This document shows, in pieces, positions 31,056-41,531 of a DNA stretch of 64,000 nucleotides. The stretch is from an uncultured delta proteobacterium. Its GTDB lineage: Bacteria > Desulfobacterota > Binatia > UBA9968. How positions within the stretch are numbered: the first letter of the stretch is position 1; each line of letters begins with the position of its first letter. The position numbers and the translations under genes are program-made. The notes beneath the pieces are model-generated. The model was not told where the DNA came from, did not search any database, and saw nothing but the letters and a program-made list of their open reading frames with translations. The stretch covers positions 384,001-448,000 of the forward strand of contig CAVYTU010000014.1 of the NCBI GenBank assembly GCA_963771465.1, given 5' to 3'.

Positions 31056-32966
31056 ATGCTCGATTTTTTACGTAAGCGCAAAAGAAATTGGATCATCGTT
31101 TTTTTTCTTGGCCTGATTATCGTAGTTTTCGCCTTGTTTTACGGTGGCAGTAACAAAATCGGCGACAAGTCATCATTGGAAGTAGCAGAGGTCAATGGCG
31201 AAATCATCAGCCAGCGTGAATTCACCCTGAACTATCAACGCGCCGTGGAGCGCTATCGGCAGATGCTTAAGGGTCAGCTTACCGAAGACATGATCAAGGG
31301 GCTTAACATCAAAGGCAACTTGATCGAAGAACTGATTCAGAAGAAGCTGATCCTACAGGAAGCACGAAACCTAGGATTAACCGCTAGTGACGACGATGTC
31401 GTCAATCATCTGGCGAAAGCGCCGGAGTTTCAAATCGCCGGTCGGTTTAACAAAGAGCAATACCTGCAAATTCTCAAAGCCAACCGATTGTTCCCGGCGC
31501 AGTTCGAAGAAGAACAACGCGAGCAATTGACGCTTAATCGTCTCTCTAGCGTCATCGTCGATTCGGTGCAAGTGAGCGACACCGAAGTACGGGAGCGTTA
31601 CCGTCTCGAACAGGGAAAAATCAATCTTCAGTTTATCAAGCTGGCGCTCGGCGATTTTATTGCCGAGGTCAAACTCAACGAAGAAGACGTCAAGAAATTC
31701 TATGAGCGGAACAAGGAGTCGCTCAAAGAACCGCTTAAACTGCAAGTCGAATATCTATCCTATCCCTTCGACAAGTACGCAACCGCGGCTCAGGTTTCCG
31801 ACAAAGAAGTAGAAGATTATTATCAAGCCAATCAAAATGACAAATTTCGTAAGCCCAAAGAGATCAAAGTCCGTTACATTTCCCTACGCGTGAAAGCGGA
31901 AGCGGACGAGAAACAAAAGCAGGCGGTGCGCGAGCGCGCCGGCGCCCTGGTCAAAGAAGCGCGCGGCGGCAAAGATTTCGCGCAGCTCGCCAAGCGGGAA
32001 TCCGACGATCCCAGCGCCGCCAAAGGCGGCGATCTGGGTTGGATGACGCAGGGGCAACTCCCGCCGCAGCTGGCGCCGATCTTCCAACTTGAGAAAGGTC
32101 AGGTCAGTGAAGTAATTGAAACGCCGATGGGCTATCAGATCGTCAAGATCGAAGATACCAAAGCGGAGAAAGCTCCGTCGTTGAAAGAAGCGACGGCTGA
32201 CATTACCAAGACACTTAAAACCGAAAAAGCCAAACGTGAAGCCGGTAAGATCGCCGAGCGCGACCGTGAAAAAGCGCTATCGGGAACAGACTTCGCCAAG
32301 CTTGCCCAGGAAAGCGGCGCAAGTATTAACGTAACCCCATGGTTCGCCAATGGTGAGGCCATTCCAGAGGTCGGCGCCAATCAAGAGTTTTACAAAAGCG
32401 CTTTTAGCTTGGGCGCTAAAGATGTCAGTTCGATTATCACCGGCTCTGCCAGCTATTATCTTTTACGCGTCAAAGAGCGTAAGGAGCCCAATGTTCCACC
32501 GCTCGAAAACGTCAGAGGTCAAATCGAAAAGGGTCTCAAAGAGTCCAAAGCCTACGAATTGGCGCTACAAAAGGGCAACAGCTTGATCGAGCAGCTCAAG
32601 AAGGAAAAGGACATCGGTAAGCTCGCCGGCGCCAACAACGTGAAATTGGAAGAGACCGGGTGGTTTCAGCGCAACGCACCGGAGTTGCCGAAAATCGGCG
32701 AACTTCCCGACCTGAGAACCGGCGGGTTGCCGCTCTCTGCGCAGAAGCCGTTGGCCGATAAACTCTATACGCAAAAAGACGCAGCCTACGTGCTTGCGTT
32801 CAAGGACAGTCAACCCGCCGACATGGAAGCATTCGAACGGGAGAAGGACAATCTCAAAAAACAAACGCTGGCGGAAAATCGCCAGCGCGCGCTAGTTAAG
32901 TTTTTGGAGAGCCTCAAAGCCAAAGCCAACATCAAAGTCAATAACGCCTTTCTCGAGGCGATCTGA
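31056..32966 (+). CDS. ppiD: PpiD/SurA-N parvulin-type periplasmic chaperone
   Basis: N-terminal TM, VAEVNGEII, FAQLAKRESDDPSAAKGGDLGW. Confidence 0.85.
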   Translation: MLDFLRKRKRNWIIVFFLGLIIVVFALFYGGSNKIGDKSSLEVAEVNGEIISQREFTLNYQRAVERYRQMLKGQLTEDMIKGLNIKGNLIEELIQKKLILQEARNLGLTASDDDVVNHLAKAPEFQIAGRFNKEQYLQILKANRLFPAQFEEEQREQLTLNRLSSVIVDSVQVSDTEVRERYRLEQGKINLQFIKLALGDFIAEVKLNEEDVKKFYERNKESLKEPLKLQVEYLSYPFDKYATAAQVSDKEVEDYYQANQNDKFRKPKEIKVRYISLRVKAEADEKQKQAVRERAGALVKEARGGKDFAQLAKRESDDPSAAKGGDLGWMTQGQLPPQLAPIFQLEKGQVSEVIETPMGYQIVKIEDTKAEKAPSLKEATADITKTLKTEKAKREAGKIAERDREKALSGTDFAKLAQESGASINVTPWFANGEAIPEVGANQEFYKSAFSLGAKDVSSIITGSASYYLLRVKERKEPNVPPLENVRGQIEKGLKESKAYELALQKGNSLIEQLKKEKDIGKLAGANNVKLEETGWFQRNAPELPKIGELPDLRTGGLPLSAQKPLADKLYTQKDAAYVLAFKDSQPADMEAFEREKDNLKKQTLAENRQRALVKFLESLKAKANIKVNNAFLEAI

Positions 32967-32988
32967 TGTTTCGGCGCAGGACGCTCGC

Positions 32989-33615
32989 GTGCAGATTGTC
33001 TTAGTGCGCCACGGCGCCACCGACTGGAACTTGGAGCACCGCTGCCAAGGCTCGTCGGATCGCGATCTGAGCGCCGTCGGCGTGCGCCAAGCTGAAGATC
33101 TCGCCGTGCACTTGCGCGGCGAGAACATCGGCGCGATCTATGCCAGCGACTTGAAGCGCGCCCGGCGCACCGCGGAAGCGATCGGCCAGGCGCATCATCT
33201 GCCGGTGATTATCGAAGAGCGCATTCGCGAGCTCGATCACGGCAAGCTCGAAGGACTTACTTTTAGCGAGATCAAAGCGAACTTCGGCGAATTTTTAACG
33301 CGTTGGCGTACCGAGCCGGCGGAACTGCAGGTCCCAGGCGGCGAAAGATTGATCGATGTCGCCGAGCGCGCCTGGATCGGTTTGAATGACATCGTCACGC
33401 GCCACGGTTCAAGCGAGAATATCGTCGTGGTCAGTCATAACTTTCCCATCGTCGGTGTCGTCTGCAAGATTACCGGCACTCACCTAAACGACTATCGCAA
33501 GTTTCACCTCGACCCGTGCGGCGTTAGCCGGCTACACTGTAACGGCGACGGCCGATGGCAAGTCACGCACGTCAATAGCAGGGAATATCCCGCACGCTCA
33601 GACTCTCTGGCGTAG
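32989..33615 (+). CDS. Histidine phosphatase (CobC/PspA-like)
   Basis: LVRHGATDWN, SDLKRA, VVSH. Confidence 0.9.
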   Translation: MQIVLVRHGATDWNLEHRCQGSSDRDLSAVGVRQAEDLAVHLRGENIGAIYASDLKRARRTAEAIGQAHHLPVIIEERIRELDHGKLEGLTFSEIKANFGEFLTRWRTEPAELQVPGGERLIDVAERAWIGLNDIVTRHGSSENIVVVSHNFPIVGVVCKITGTHLNDYRKFHLDPCGVSRLHCNGDGRWQVTHVNSREYPARSDSLA

Positions 33616-33640
33616 TCGTTACGCCGTGGAACCCTTATCA

Positions 33641-33710
33641 TCCGGATTCCGCAGTTGAAATAATGGCGTGCGCCTCGCTCGCTGTTTAAATTGCAACCAC
33701 GGAATCCGGG
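33641..33710. mobile_element. 70-bp mini-MITE with ATCA direct repeats
   Basis: TCCGGATTCCGCAGTTGAAAT ... ATTGCAACCACGGAATCCGGG (17/21 inverted match), flanked by ATCA at 33637-40 and 33711-14. Confidence 0.65.
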
Positions 33711-33720
33711 ATCACCGGCA

Positions 33721-35265
33721 CTAGGCCGAATCTTTCTTGGCGATCCAACCGATGGAAAAGAAGAGTAGCGCGAGCAGCAAGTAGGCGGCAAAAAACTCCG
33801 GCGCGGCCATGAGGCCGAATCGGCTGGTAATCCCGCTCGCGGTGAGATCATAGGCGTGAATGATGCCGAGTGCGGACAGTACCGCGGCCGCAAGCGACCA
33901 CGCGCCGGCGGTGGCGAATTTTCTCTCGATCAACGCCACGCCGATGGCGGCAAGAATCATCGAGGTAAAAATAAATCCGCGCTCGAGGGAGATCATGCCA
34001 TGAATCGCGACACTTTCGTGACTAAACTTGCCCAATCCGACTGCGAACAAAGATTTGTCCGCCGCCCGCAGACCGGTCTCGATCATCATCAAGCCCCAGC
34101 CTGCCAGCGCTGGAACGATGCCCAGCGCCACCGCCGGCGCATGCTCTTTCGGTGTTTCCTGAAACGACTGAGCGACGATGATGATGCCGATGTAAAGGAG
34201 AATACCGATGCCGGCCTCGAGCGGGATTAGCCCGAGCACAGCCTGAATCGTACCGGTGAGGCAGAGAAAACTGATAAACACGCCGTTGAGCGCGGAATAG
34301 CCCGAGCGCGCGCCGAGCCGTTTCCAACCGGGATGACCGATATAGATGGTCGTCGGAAACACACTGCCGAAAAGCGCCGCGACGACGGAACCGATACCGT
34401 TGGCCATGAGCGAGGGAAAAGTCTTGAAGCGATCGCCCGCCGCCTCGGCGCTCTCGATATTCTGCAGCGAACCGACAACGTTGAATATCCCCATGGGGAA
34501 AATCACCGAGAAATAATTCAAGAACGCCGGATGGGTGAGCGCTTCCCAGAGTGAATCGCCGGTGAACGCCGGCAGCGACAACGACCAATGGACCGACAGC
34601 GCCTTGCCGTCCATCGTGCCCAGTGTCCAACCCAAGATCGTGCCGACCGCGATGGCGACCATGCCGCCGGGCAGACCGAGCGGCAATTTCTGATGGGAAA
34701 AGTAAGCGACGAAAATCAGCGCCATCGGCACCAGCGCAACCAACGGCTGAGCGAAAATCTTGAAAGTAAAATCCATGGCGATGAAAGTAATCGCGATGCC
34801 GGATAGCGCCGACAAGAGCGCCGCTCGCGGCGTGACTCGGCGCACCGCCTCGGCGACAAACGCGCCGAAGATTTCGATCACACCGTTGAGAAAGCAGGCG
34901 ACCAGGCCAACCTTCCACGCCCACACCGGATCTTTGGTTTCCTGCACGATCGGCAGCATGATGAAAAAAACAAATGCAAAAAGGCTCACGGTATTGATGC
35001 CATAAGGCAACGCCGTGACATCATCCCGTCCAGTCTCGCGCGCCAGGCGGCGGGCCTGCCAAGCGTAAAAGAAGTTACCGACGAGAATCGAGATCGCTGC
35101 GCCGGGAAGAATCTTGCCGAAGATGTAACTATCGGGCAGTTGAATCAGCTCGCGGCACAAACCGACGATCAAAATCAATTGAATGAGATTGTCGATCATC
35201 AGGCCGAAAAAACCGTCGAGATCTTTACGAACAAACCAAGGTGGATTTACCGCTGTTTGCGCCAT
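33721..35265 (-). CDS. NCS2/AzgA-like permease
   Basis: DLDGFFGL, TALPYGINT, ESAEAAGD, PTTIYIGHPGWK; many TM segments. Confidence 0.85.
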   Translation of the reverse strand: MAQTAVNPPWFVRKDLDGFFGLMIDNLIQLILIVGLCRELIQLPDSYIFGKILPGAAISILVGNFFYAWQARRLARETGRDDVTALPYGINTVSLFAFVFFIMLPIVQETKDPVWAWKVGLVACFLNGVIEIFGAFVAEAVRRVTPRAALLSALSGIAITFIAMDFTFKIFAQPLVALVPMALIFVAYFSHQKLPLGLPGGMVAIAVGTILGWTLGTMDGKALSVHWSLSLPAFTGDSLWEALTHPAFLNYFSVIFPMGIFNVVGSLQNIESAEAAGDRFKTFPSLMANGIGSVVAALFGSVFPTTIYIGHPGWKRLGARSGYSALNGVFISFLCLTGTIQAVLGLIPLEAGIGILLYIGIIIVAQSFQETPKEHAPAVALGIVPALAGWGLMMIETGLRAADKSLFAVGLGKFSHESVAIHGMISLERGFIFTSMILAAIGVALIERKFATAGAWSLAAAVLSALGIIHAYDLTASGITSRFGLMAAPEFFAAYLLLALLFFSIGWIAKKDSA

Positions 35266-35383
35266 GAATGATTCCCGCTGTGAATTTCCGCCGACTGTAG
35301 CTGTCGATGCTTTGTGGTGTCAAACCCGCAGTAGGTCCAATCAACTTGAAACCCCCTATAAGGGACGATAAAAGTGTAAACCA

Positions 35384-36067
35384 ATGTCGACTCTGTTGTT
35401 CAAAGATCTAGGCACGCTCGAATTCCCCGCCGCGCTCTGCTTGCAAGAGCGGCTTGTCGAGCTCAAGCACCGGGAGGCTTCAAGCGACATTCTGCTCTTC
35501 CTCGAGCATCCCCATGTCTACACGCTCGGGCGTGGTGGCAACGAACTTAATGTCCGATGCGCGCAAGACGTGCCGGTTTATCGCACCAGTCGTGGTGGCG
35601 ATGTCACTTACCATGGACCCGGACAGTTAGTGGTTTATCCGATCATCGATCTGCGCTCGAAGCTGCGCAAAGACGTGCACCGCTACGTGAGAAATTTGGA
35701 ACAGAGCGCGATTGACACATTGGCGGATTTTGGCGTCGCCACGACGCGCCGCCCGCCGCACACGGGGATTTGGATCGAAGCTAGAAAGATCACCGCTATC
35801 GGCGTCGCCGTGCGCCGCGCCATCACCTACCATGGCCTGGCGCTTAACGTGAACACCGACCTTGGCTACTTCGAGCGTATCGTGCCCTGCGGCCTTATCT
35901 GGGCTGATGTGACTTCGATGCAAAAGGAACTCGGTAGCGAGCAGAACTTAGGCGCTGTTCGAGAGCGGTTCCTCCATCACTTCGCCGAGATCTTCGGTTA
36001 TCACGATATCATCGAGGACACCGCGCAGCCCGGCGATTTGAACGGTTTGAACGATTTGAACACGTGA
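35384..36067 (+). CDS. lipB: Octanoyltransferase
   Basis: EHPHVYTLGR, RGGDVTYHGPGQ, HGLALNV, IVPCG. Confidence 0.95.
   Translation: MSTLLFKDLGTLEFPAALCLQERLVELKHREASSDILLFLEHPHVYTLGRGGNELNVRCAQDVPVYRTSRGGDVTYHGPGQLVVYPIIDLRSKLRKDVHRYVRNLEQSAIDTLADFGVATTRRPPHTGIWIEARKITAIGVAVRRAITYHGLALNVNTDLGYFERIVPCGLIWADVTSMQKELGSEQNLGAVRERFLHHFAEIFGYHDIIEDTAQPGDLNGLNDLNT
36035..36061 (+). repeat. 9-nt TTGAAC array translated as the LipB C-terminal DLNGLNDLN
   Basis: TTGAAC at 36038, 36047 and 36056. Confidence 0.8.
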
Positions 36068-36921
36068 ATCTTATGGGCCGAAGACATCCCGACTGGATCA
36101 AAGTCAAAGCGCCGGGTAATCCCAACTACCTGCGGCTCAAACGCTTGATGCGCGAGAAAAATCTTCACACGGTCTGCGAGGAAGCGCGCTGTCCGAATAT
36201 CGGCGAGTGCTGGGGCAATAAGACCGCGACGTTTTTGATCCTCGGCGACACCTGCACGCGCGGTTGCCGTTTTTGCGCCATAGATAAAGGCAAACCGCTG
36301 GCGCTCGATCCCGAAGAACCGCGCAACGTGGCGCTGACCGTCAAAGAACTTGGTCTCGATCATATTGTCGTCACGTCGGTCAATCGCGACGATCTTGCCG
36401 ACGGCGGCGCCGATCATTTCGCCAGGACGGTTTTTTGGATTAAGAATCTAAATCCGGGAATACGAGTGGAATTGTTGATTCCCGACTTCGAAGGCAACCT
36501 GGCTGCGTTGCAAACCGTCGTCGATTCAGGAATAGAAATTCTTAACCACAATATTGAGACCGTGCCGCGCCTCTACGGCAAAGTCCGGCCAGGCCACACC
36601 TACGAATGTTCGGTGAATATCCTGAGCACCGCAAAAAAGCTGCAACCGGAGATGTTAACCAAAACCGGGATGATGCTCGGCGTCGGCGAGACCAAAGACG
36701 AAGTGATGACAACGCTACGCGATTTACGGGCCAACGACGTCGACATTGTCACTCTCGGACAATATCTCCAGCCGTCGGCGAAACTTTTGCCGGTCGATCG
36801 TTACGTGACGCCGGAAGAATTTGTCGAATTCAAGAACCAAGCCGACAAGCTGGGTTTTCGCCACGTCGAGTCCGGCCCGTTGGTGCGCAGCTCCTATCAC
36901 GCCTGGAGCCATGTCAATTGA
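36064..36921 (+). CDS. lipA: Lipoyl synthase
   Basis: CEEARCPNIGEC, CTRGCRFC, RSSYHA. Confidence 0.97.
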   Translation: MNLMGRRHPDWIKVKAPGNPNYLRLKRLMREKNLHTVCEEARCPNIGECWGNKTATFLILGDTCTRGCRFCAIDKGKPLALDPEEPRNVALTVKELGLDHIVVTSVNRDDLADGGADHFARTVFWIKNLNPGIRVELLIPDFEGNLAALQTVVDSGIEILNHNIETVPRLYGKVRPGHTYECSVNILSTAKKLQPEMLTKTGMMLGVGETKDEVMTTLRDLRANDVDIVTLGQYLQPSAKLLPVDRYVTPEEFVEFKNQADKLGFRHVESGPLVRSSYHAWSHVN

Positions 36922-36969
36922 AGCTCTTCCAAATTTACCGAATCGTGTGACCATTTAAGGAGGTTTGCT

Positions 36970-37335
36970 ATGAAAGTACTGCGCATGCGCTCATGGAATG
37001 TTCATGCCGACAAACTGGATGAGATGGCCAGCTTTTACCAAACCGCGTTAGGCGCGGAAGTGAAAGCACAACAAACCATTGCCGGAGTTAAAGTCGTCCG
37101 ATTGCAGGCCGGCGAGACCGGAGTCGGTCTGTTCGACGCTGCCGAGAAGCGCGCGCCCGGCGTGCCGCATCACACCTTCGATATCGAAGGACCGAATGAT
37201 CCTCAGGAACTGATCAAAGAGCTCGAAAGCAAGGCGATCAAAACCGATGGCATGCGCGTGCATGGCCAAGGACCGGGTTATTCGGTTTACATCATCGATC
37301 CGAGCGGCAATCGCATCGAACTGTCCAAAGATTAA
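36970..37335 (+). CDS. VOC/glyoxalase family protein
   Basis: FYQTALG, HHTF, YIIDPSGNRIEL. Confidence 0.85.
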   Translation: MKVLRMRSWNVHADKLDEMASFYQTALGAEVKAQQTIAGVKVVRLQAGETGVGLFDAAEKRAPGVPHHTFDIEGPNDPQELIKELESKAIKTDGMRVHGQGPGYSVYIIDPSGNRIELSKD

Positions 37336-37342
37336 TGGGCGG

Positions 37343-38683
37343 TTAACTCTTCGCCATTCTTGCCGACAACCAACGCGCGGTGCGTAACAGCCGCGCGTCA
37401 CCGCCGCGCGGACCGACGAGCTGCACCCCGATGGGCAAGCCGCTCGTGCTTTGCAGCAGTGGTAACGTGATGCAGGGCATGCCGCAAAGCGTCCATAAGG
37501 TGCAAAACGACGGATCGCCGGTCGATGTAAGCCCCTTGGGCGCGGCGCTCGGCGCGGCGGGTGTGAGAATCGCGTCGTAGCGCTGTTCGAAAAGTTCAAT
37601 GAAGCTTTCGTGTATTGGGACAATTTGCTTGAGCGCATGCTGGTAACCAAAGGCGGTCACGGCGCGGCCGATGTCGATTTGTTTGCGCAGCTGTTCGGAC
37701 AGGCGCGCGCAGTCGCTGTTCCATTCGCGCGCTAGATTGAACGCCATTTCCGCGCTCATGATCGTCTGATGCCACTGCCACGCGTTAGACGCCGACGGGA
37801 AAAGTTCGACTTCTTCGACCTGAACACCGAGCTGTTCGACGATCTCGGCGAAACCTTCTTGGGTGTCATCGTCGGCCAGCTGCCACATCGGTGTCTTGAT
37901 GAAGGCGAACATCGGCGCCAACGGCGGCTCGTCCCCGGCAACCGCAGTAAATGGAATCCGCGCGCGCGGCCGGGTGTCGGGATCGTTCTCATCGTAGGCA
38001 ACCAACTGCTCGGCAAGTAGTGCAATATCGTCGATGCTGCGCGCGAACAGTCCGACATGATCGAGAGTGCGCGAAAGCGGTGAAACGCGATGGCGCGAAA
38101 TCAGTCCGTGGGTTGGCTTGAAGCCGATGACACCACAGTATGCCGCGGGACGAATCGTCGATCCGTTGGTCTGGCTGCCGAGTGCGAGCGGCGCCATGTT
38201 CGCCCCGATCGCCGCCGCCGAGCCGCTCGACGAGCCGCCCGGTGTGTGCTCGGGGTTATGCGGATTGCGCGTTTTTCCCGGCGAAAAATAGGCGAACTCC
38301 GTGGTAACCGTCTTGCCCATGATCACTGCGCCGGCGGCGCGTAACAATGAAATCGCCGTTGCGTCACGCGACGGCGTGCGCCCGGCGTAAATCACCGAAC
38401 CGTTTTCCGTCGGCATGTCGGCGGTGTCGAAAATATCTTTGATCGCGATGGGAACACCGTGCAGCGGTCCGATGGGTTTGCCCTCGAGGCGAAGTTGGTC
38501 CAGAGCGCGTGCTTGCTTGAGCGCGTAATCGGGATCGAGAAACGCCCAAGCCTGCACCTGGGCATCGACTTCTCGAATTCGCTCCAGGTAAGCTTCGACT
38601 AGCTGCTCGGAAGTAATGATCCCGTCGCCAATCAATCGCGCTGCTTCTGATGCTGAAAGCAAATGAAGGTCGGTCAAGTCCAT
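37343..38683 (-). CDS. Amidase-signature family amidase
   Basis: HGVPIAIKD, GGSSSGSAA, GSQTNGSTIRPAAYCG. Confidence 0.92.
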   Translation of the reverse strand: MDLTDLHLLSASEAARLIGDGIITSEQLVEAYLERIREVDAQVQAWAFLDPDYALKQARALDQLRLEGKPIGPLHGVPIAIKDIFDTADMPTENGSVIYAGRTPSRDATAISLLRAAGAVIMGKTVTTEFAYFSPGKTRNPHNPEHTPGGSSSGSAAAIGANMAPLALGSQTNGSTIRPAAYCGVIGFKPTHGLISRHRVSPLSRTLDHVGLFARSIDDIALLAEQLVAYDENDPDTRPRARIPFTAVAGDEPPLAPMFAFIKTPMWQLADDDTQEGFAEIVEQLGVQVEEVELFPSASNAWQWHQTIMSAEMAFNLAREWNSDCARLSEQLRKQIDIGRAVTAFGYQHALKQIVPIHESFIELFEQRYDAILTPAAPSAAPKGLTSTGDPSFCTLWTLCGMPCITLPLLQSTSGLPIGVQLVGPRGGDARLLRTARWLSARMAKS

Positions 38684-38713
38684 TGCGTCCGCTTCACGGT
38701 TGGGAGACGTCGA

Positions 38714-38755
38714 TCAAACGTTTTGAGCTGCTTGAACGTCTTCAACAGTTTGAAC
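38714..38755. repeat. 9-nt-period TTGAAC array (five degenerate units)
   Basis: Units at 38714, 38723, 38732, 38741 and 38750. Confidence 0.75.
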
Positions 38756-38759
38756 CTCG

Positions 38760-40844
38760 TCAATTCCCATAAAGAAACTCCGGCAGCCACAATGTCATGC
38801 CCGGCCAGATGTACATGAACACGAGGCAGATGCAGACAATAATCATGTAAGGCATCATACCGGCGAAAATTTGGTTGAGCGTGACATGCTTCGGGGCCAC
38901 GCCTTTTAGATAGAACGCCGACATCGCCACCGGCGGCGACAAGAAAGCCGCCTGGAGATTGACCGCTACCATCGTGCCGAACAGAATCGGGTCGACGTTG
39001 AAGTGGCCGAGCAACGGAACAAATATCGGGCAAAAAATAACGATGATCTCCGTCCACTCCAGGGGCCAACCGAGCAGAAAAATGATCACCTGGGAAACAA
39101 AAAGGAAGCCCAGGGGCGATAGATTCATGCCGAGCACCCAGCGCTCGATCAAACCCTGGCCGCCGTGCAAAGCGAAGACGCCGGAAAACAGCGCCGAGCC
39201 GATGAACAACCAACACACCATCGCCGTCGTCTTGGCGGTAAGAAAAGTCGCTTCCTGAAGATTGCGCCGGAGCTCGGGTGATTTCGGCAGCGCGATGATT
39301 AGCGGAATCCCCGTGCCGACAAACGTCGCGCCCAAGGATCCTGAAACGATCAACGTGGCGATATCGCCGCGCTGCAAGCCGAGCCCCACGCCGATGATCG
39401 CGCCGAGAAGACTCCACCAACCACAACTGCGCGGAAACTTCACCATGACCGCGAGGTAGAGCGCGCCTAATGCGCCAATTGCTGCAGACTCGGTCGCCGT
39501 GCAGATGCCCAAGAGAATCACCACCAGCACGACGATGGTCAACACTCCCAGCGGCACCACCGCGATCGCCAGTTCCTTGAGAATTTGAAACTGTTCTCCG
39601 TCCATGCGCCGGTAGTAATAAGCCAGTAGGAGCGTCGAAAGCGCGACGAATGCCCAAAACCAAGTATAAAATTGCGCCGGTACTTTGCTGCCCGTCGCCG
39701 CGGCCGGCTCCGCGAGGGAACTCATTTCTTGGGGCGGCGCATCAACTGGACGCGCCGGTTCGCTTGACTCGATCGTGGTCTCCGCCGAACCGAGTTCTTG
39801 TGGTCTCGCTTCAGAACTCCCCAACTCTTGCGGCTTTTCGTCCGCGCCGCCAAGCTGCTGCGCTTTGTCAGGTTGTGGTGGCGCAGCCGCCGGCGGTGGT
39901 AACACCGACGGAGGCGTTGAGACAATCGCGCTGGCCGCCGCCGGCGCATTGTGAATGACCACATACCACCAAGTGCCAGCGTAGGTTCCGATGGTGAGCG
40001 CCAACGGCACCATCAGAACAAGAAAATTGGTGACGAAAAATCCGTACCTGACGGGGTTACCATCGGGCTGAGTCGCGCCGCGCAGTTTCCCTGGTTGGAA
40101 AAGCAGCGAGATAATGCCACCAAACACGCGCTTTGACGGGCCTCGTTGGAGACGCTGCAACCAGTCCGGAACCGCAACCCGGTACTGATCCGGCGGCAGT
40201 TTTGGCGCTATCTTCGGATTGATTATTGCCCAGCCTAGAATATAGACGAGATAGAGAAACGTCAGGAAAAAACCGGGGATCATCGCAGCGGCGTAGAGCT
40301 TTACAATCGATTGTCCCGCGACCGCGGCGTAGACGATCAGCATGACCGACGGCGGAATGAGAATGCCGAGGGTGCCGCCCGCAGTGATCGCGCCGGCGGC
40401 GAGCCGGACGTCATAGCCGGCGTTGAGCATCGGCCGCATGGCGATGACACCCATTAGGACAACCACCGCGCCAACAATGCCGGAGGCGATGCCCCAAAAC
40501 GCGCAAACGAGCAGCGTCGTAACGGCGAGCGACGCCGGCACGCGGCGAAACGCCAGCTGCACGCTATGAAACATGCGGTCGACCAGGGCCGCCCGTTCCA
40601 TGATGTACCCCATGAAGACAAACAACGGGACGGAGAGCAGCGTGTCGTTAACCATGACACCGTAGGTACGCTGCACCATCAGATCGAAAATCCTATTCTC
40701 CCACCAGTGATGCGCCGGATCCAAGAAAGCGATGTAACCGAAAATCATGCCGAGACCCATGAGCGTAAACGCAGTGGGAAAACCCATCATGATCGCAGCC
40801 ACGATGAGCCCGAGCATCGTCAAGCCGAGCACCGGATCGCTCAT
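38760..40844 (-). CDS. dctM: TRAP transporter large permease with internal insertion
   Basis: PLFVFMG, GGTLGILIPPS, ATESAAIG, FLSPP. Confidence 0.9.
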   Translation of the reverse strand: MSDPVLGLTMLGLIVAAIMMGFPTAFTLMGLGMIFGYIAFLDPAHHWWENRIFDLMVQRTYGVMVNDTLLSVPLFVFMGYIMERAALVDRMFHSVQLAFRRVPASLAVTTLLVCAFWGIASGIVGAVVVLMGVIAMRPMLNAGYDVRLAAGAITAGGTLGILIPPSVMLIVYAAVAGQSIVKLYAAAMIPGFFLTFLYLVYILGWAIINPKIAPKLPPDQYRVAVPDWLQRLQRGPSKRVFGGIISLLFQPGKLRGATQPDGNPVRYGFFVTNFLVLMVPLALTIGTYAGTWWYVVIHNAPAAASAIVSTPPSVLPPPAAAPPQPDKAQQLGGADEKPQELGSSEARPQELGSAETTIESSEPARPVDAPPQEMSSLAEPAAATGSKVPAQFYTWFWAFVALSTLLLAYYYRRMDGEQFQILKELAIAVVPLGVLTIVVLVVILLGICTATESAAIGALGALYLAVMVKFPRSCGWWSLLGAIIGVGLGLQRGDIATLIVSGSLGATFVGTGIPLIIALPKSPELRRNLQEATFLTAKTTAMVCWLFIGSALFSGVFALHGGQGLIERWVLGMNLSPLGFLFVSQVIIFLLGWPLEWTEIIVIFCPIFVPLLGHFNVDPILFGTMVAVNLQAAFLSPPVAMSAFYLKGVAPKHVTLNQIFAGMMPYMIIVCICLVFMYIWPGMTLWLPEFLYGN

Positions 40845-41521
40845 GGCTTTTTCTCTTCCTCTTCCATGTCCCTGGAGCTGCGATGACGCGCCGCGTCGTC
40901 AATGGCATGAGCCGATTTCATGGTTGCCAAGCGCGATTCCTCGTCGATGAATTCGCTATGCGAGAGTTGGCTCTCGATTACGTCGATCTCTTCCACGTCG
41001 TCCAAACGCGCCGGCCAAGCGCCGGTGCGAATGCAAAGGATACAGCGGATGATTTCACCGAGGCCCTGAAGCATGACCAACGTGCCCGCGATCGGAATGA
41101 CTGTTTTGAAGTAGTAGATGGGCGGACCCTCGGCCGTGACATTGGAGTGTTCCGCGATGCGCCAGGAGTCGGCGGCGTAACCGTAGCCCGCGTAAATAAG
41201 CCCGAGGATACCCGGCATGAAAAACAGAAAATACAACGCGAGATCGAGCGACGCCTGAATGCGCGGTTTGAGGTAGATGTAAACGAAGTCAGCGCGTACG
41301 TGGCCGGCGAGCGCCAAGGTGTAAGCGCCACACATCATGAACAGCGTGCCGTAGAGCATATTGTTCAGATCGAAGATCCACGCCGTCGGCGCATTCAAGA
41401 TGTAGCGCTTGAACACCTCGACCGACACTACCAGCGTCAACCCCAGGATCAGCCAGGCGAAGGCTTTGCCGGTCCAGTAACTGATCCGGTCAATGATGCG
41501 GAGCAGCGGTTGAGCGTCCAT
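40841..41521 (-). CDS. dctQ: TRAP transporter small permease
   Basis: EVFKRY, GHVRADF, four TM segments. Confidence 0.9.
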   Translation of the reverse strand: MDAQPLLRIIDRISYWTGKAFAWLILGLTLVVSVEVFKRYILNAPTAWIFDLNNMLYGTLFMMCGAYTLALAGHVRADFVYIYLKPRIQASLDLALYFLFFMPGILGLIYAGYGYAADSWRIAEHSNVTAEGPPIYYFKTVIPIAGTLVMLQGLGEIIRCILCIRTGAWPARLDDVEEIDVIESQLSHSEFIDEESRLATMKSAHAIDDAARHRSSRDMEEEEKKP

Positions 41522-41531
41522 GATTTTCTCG

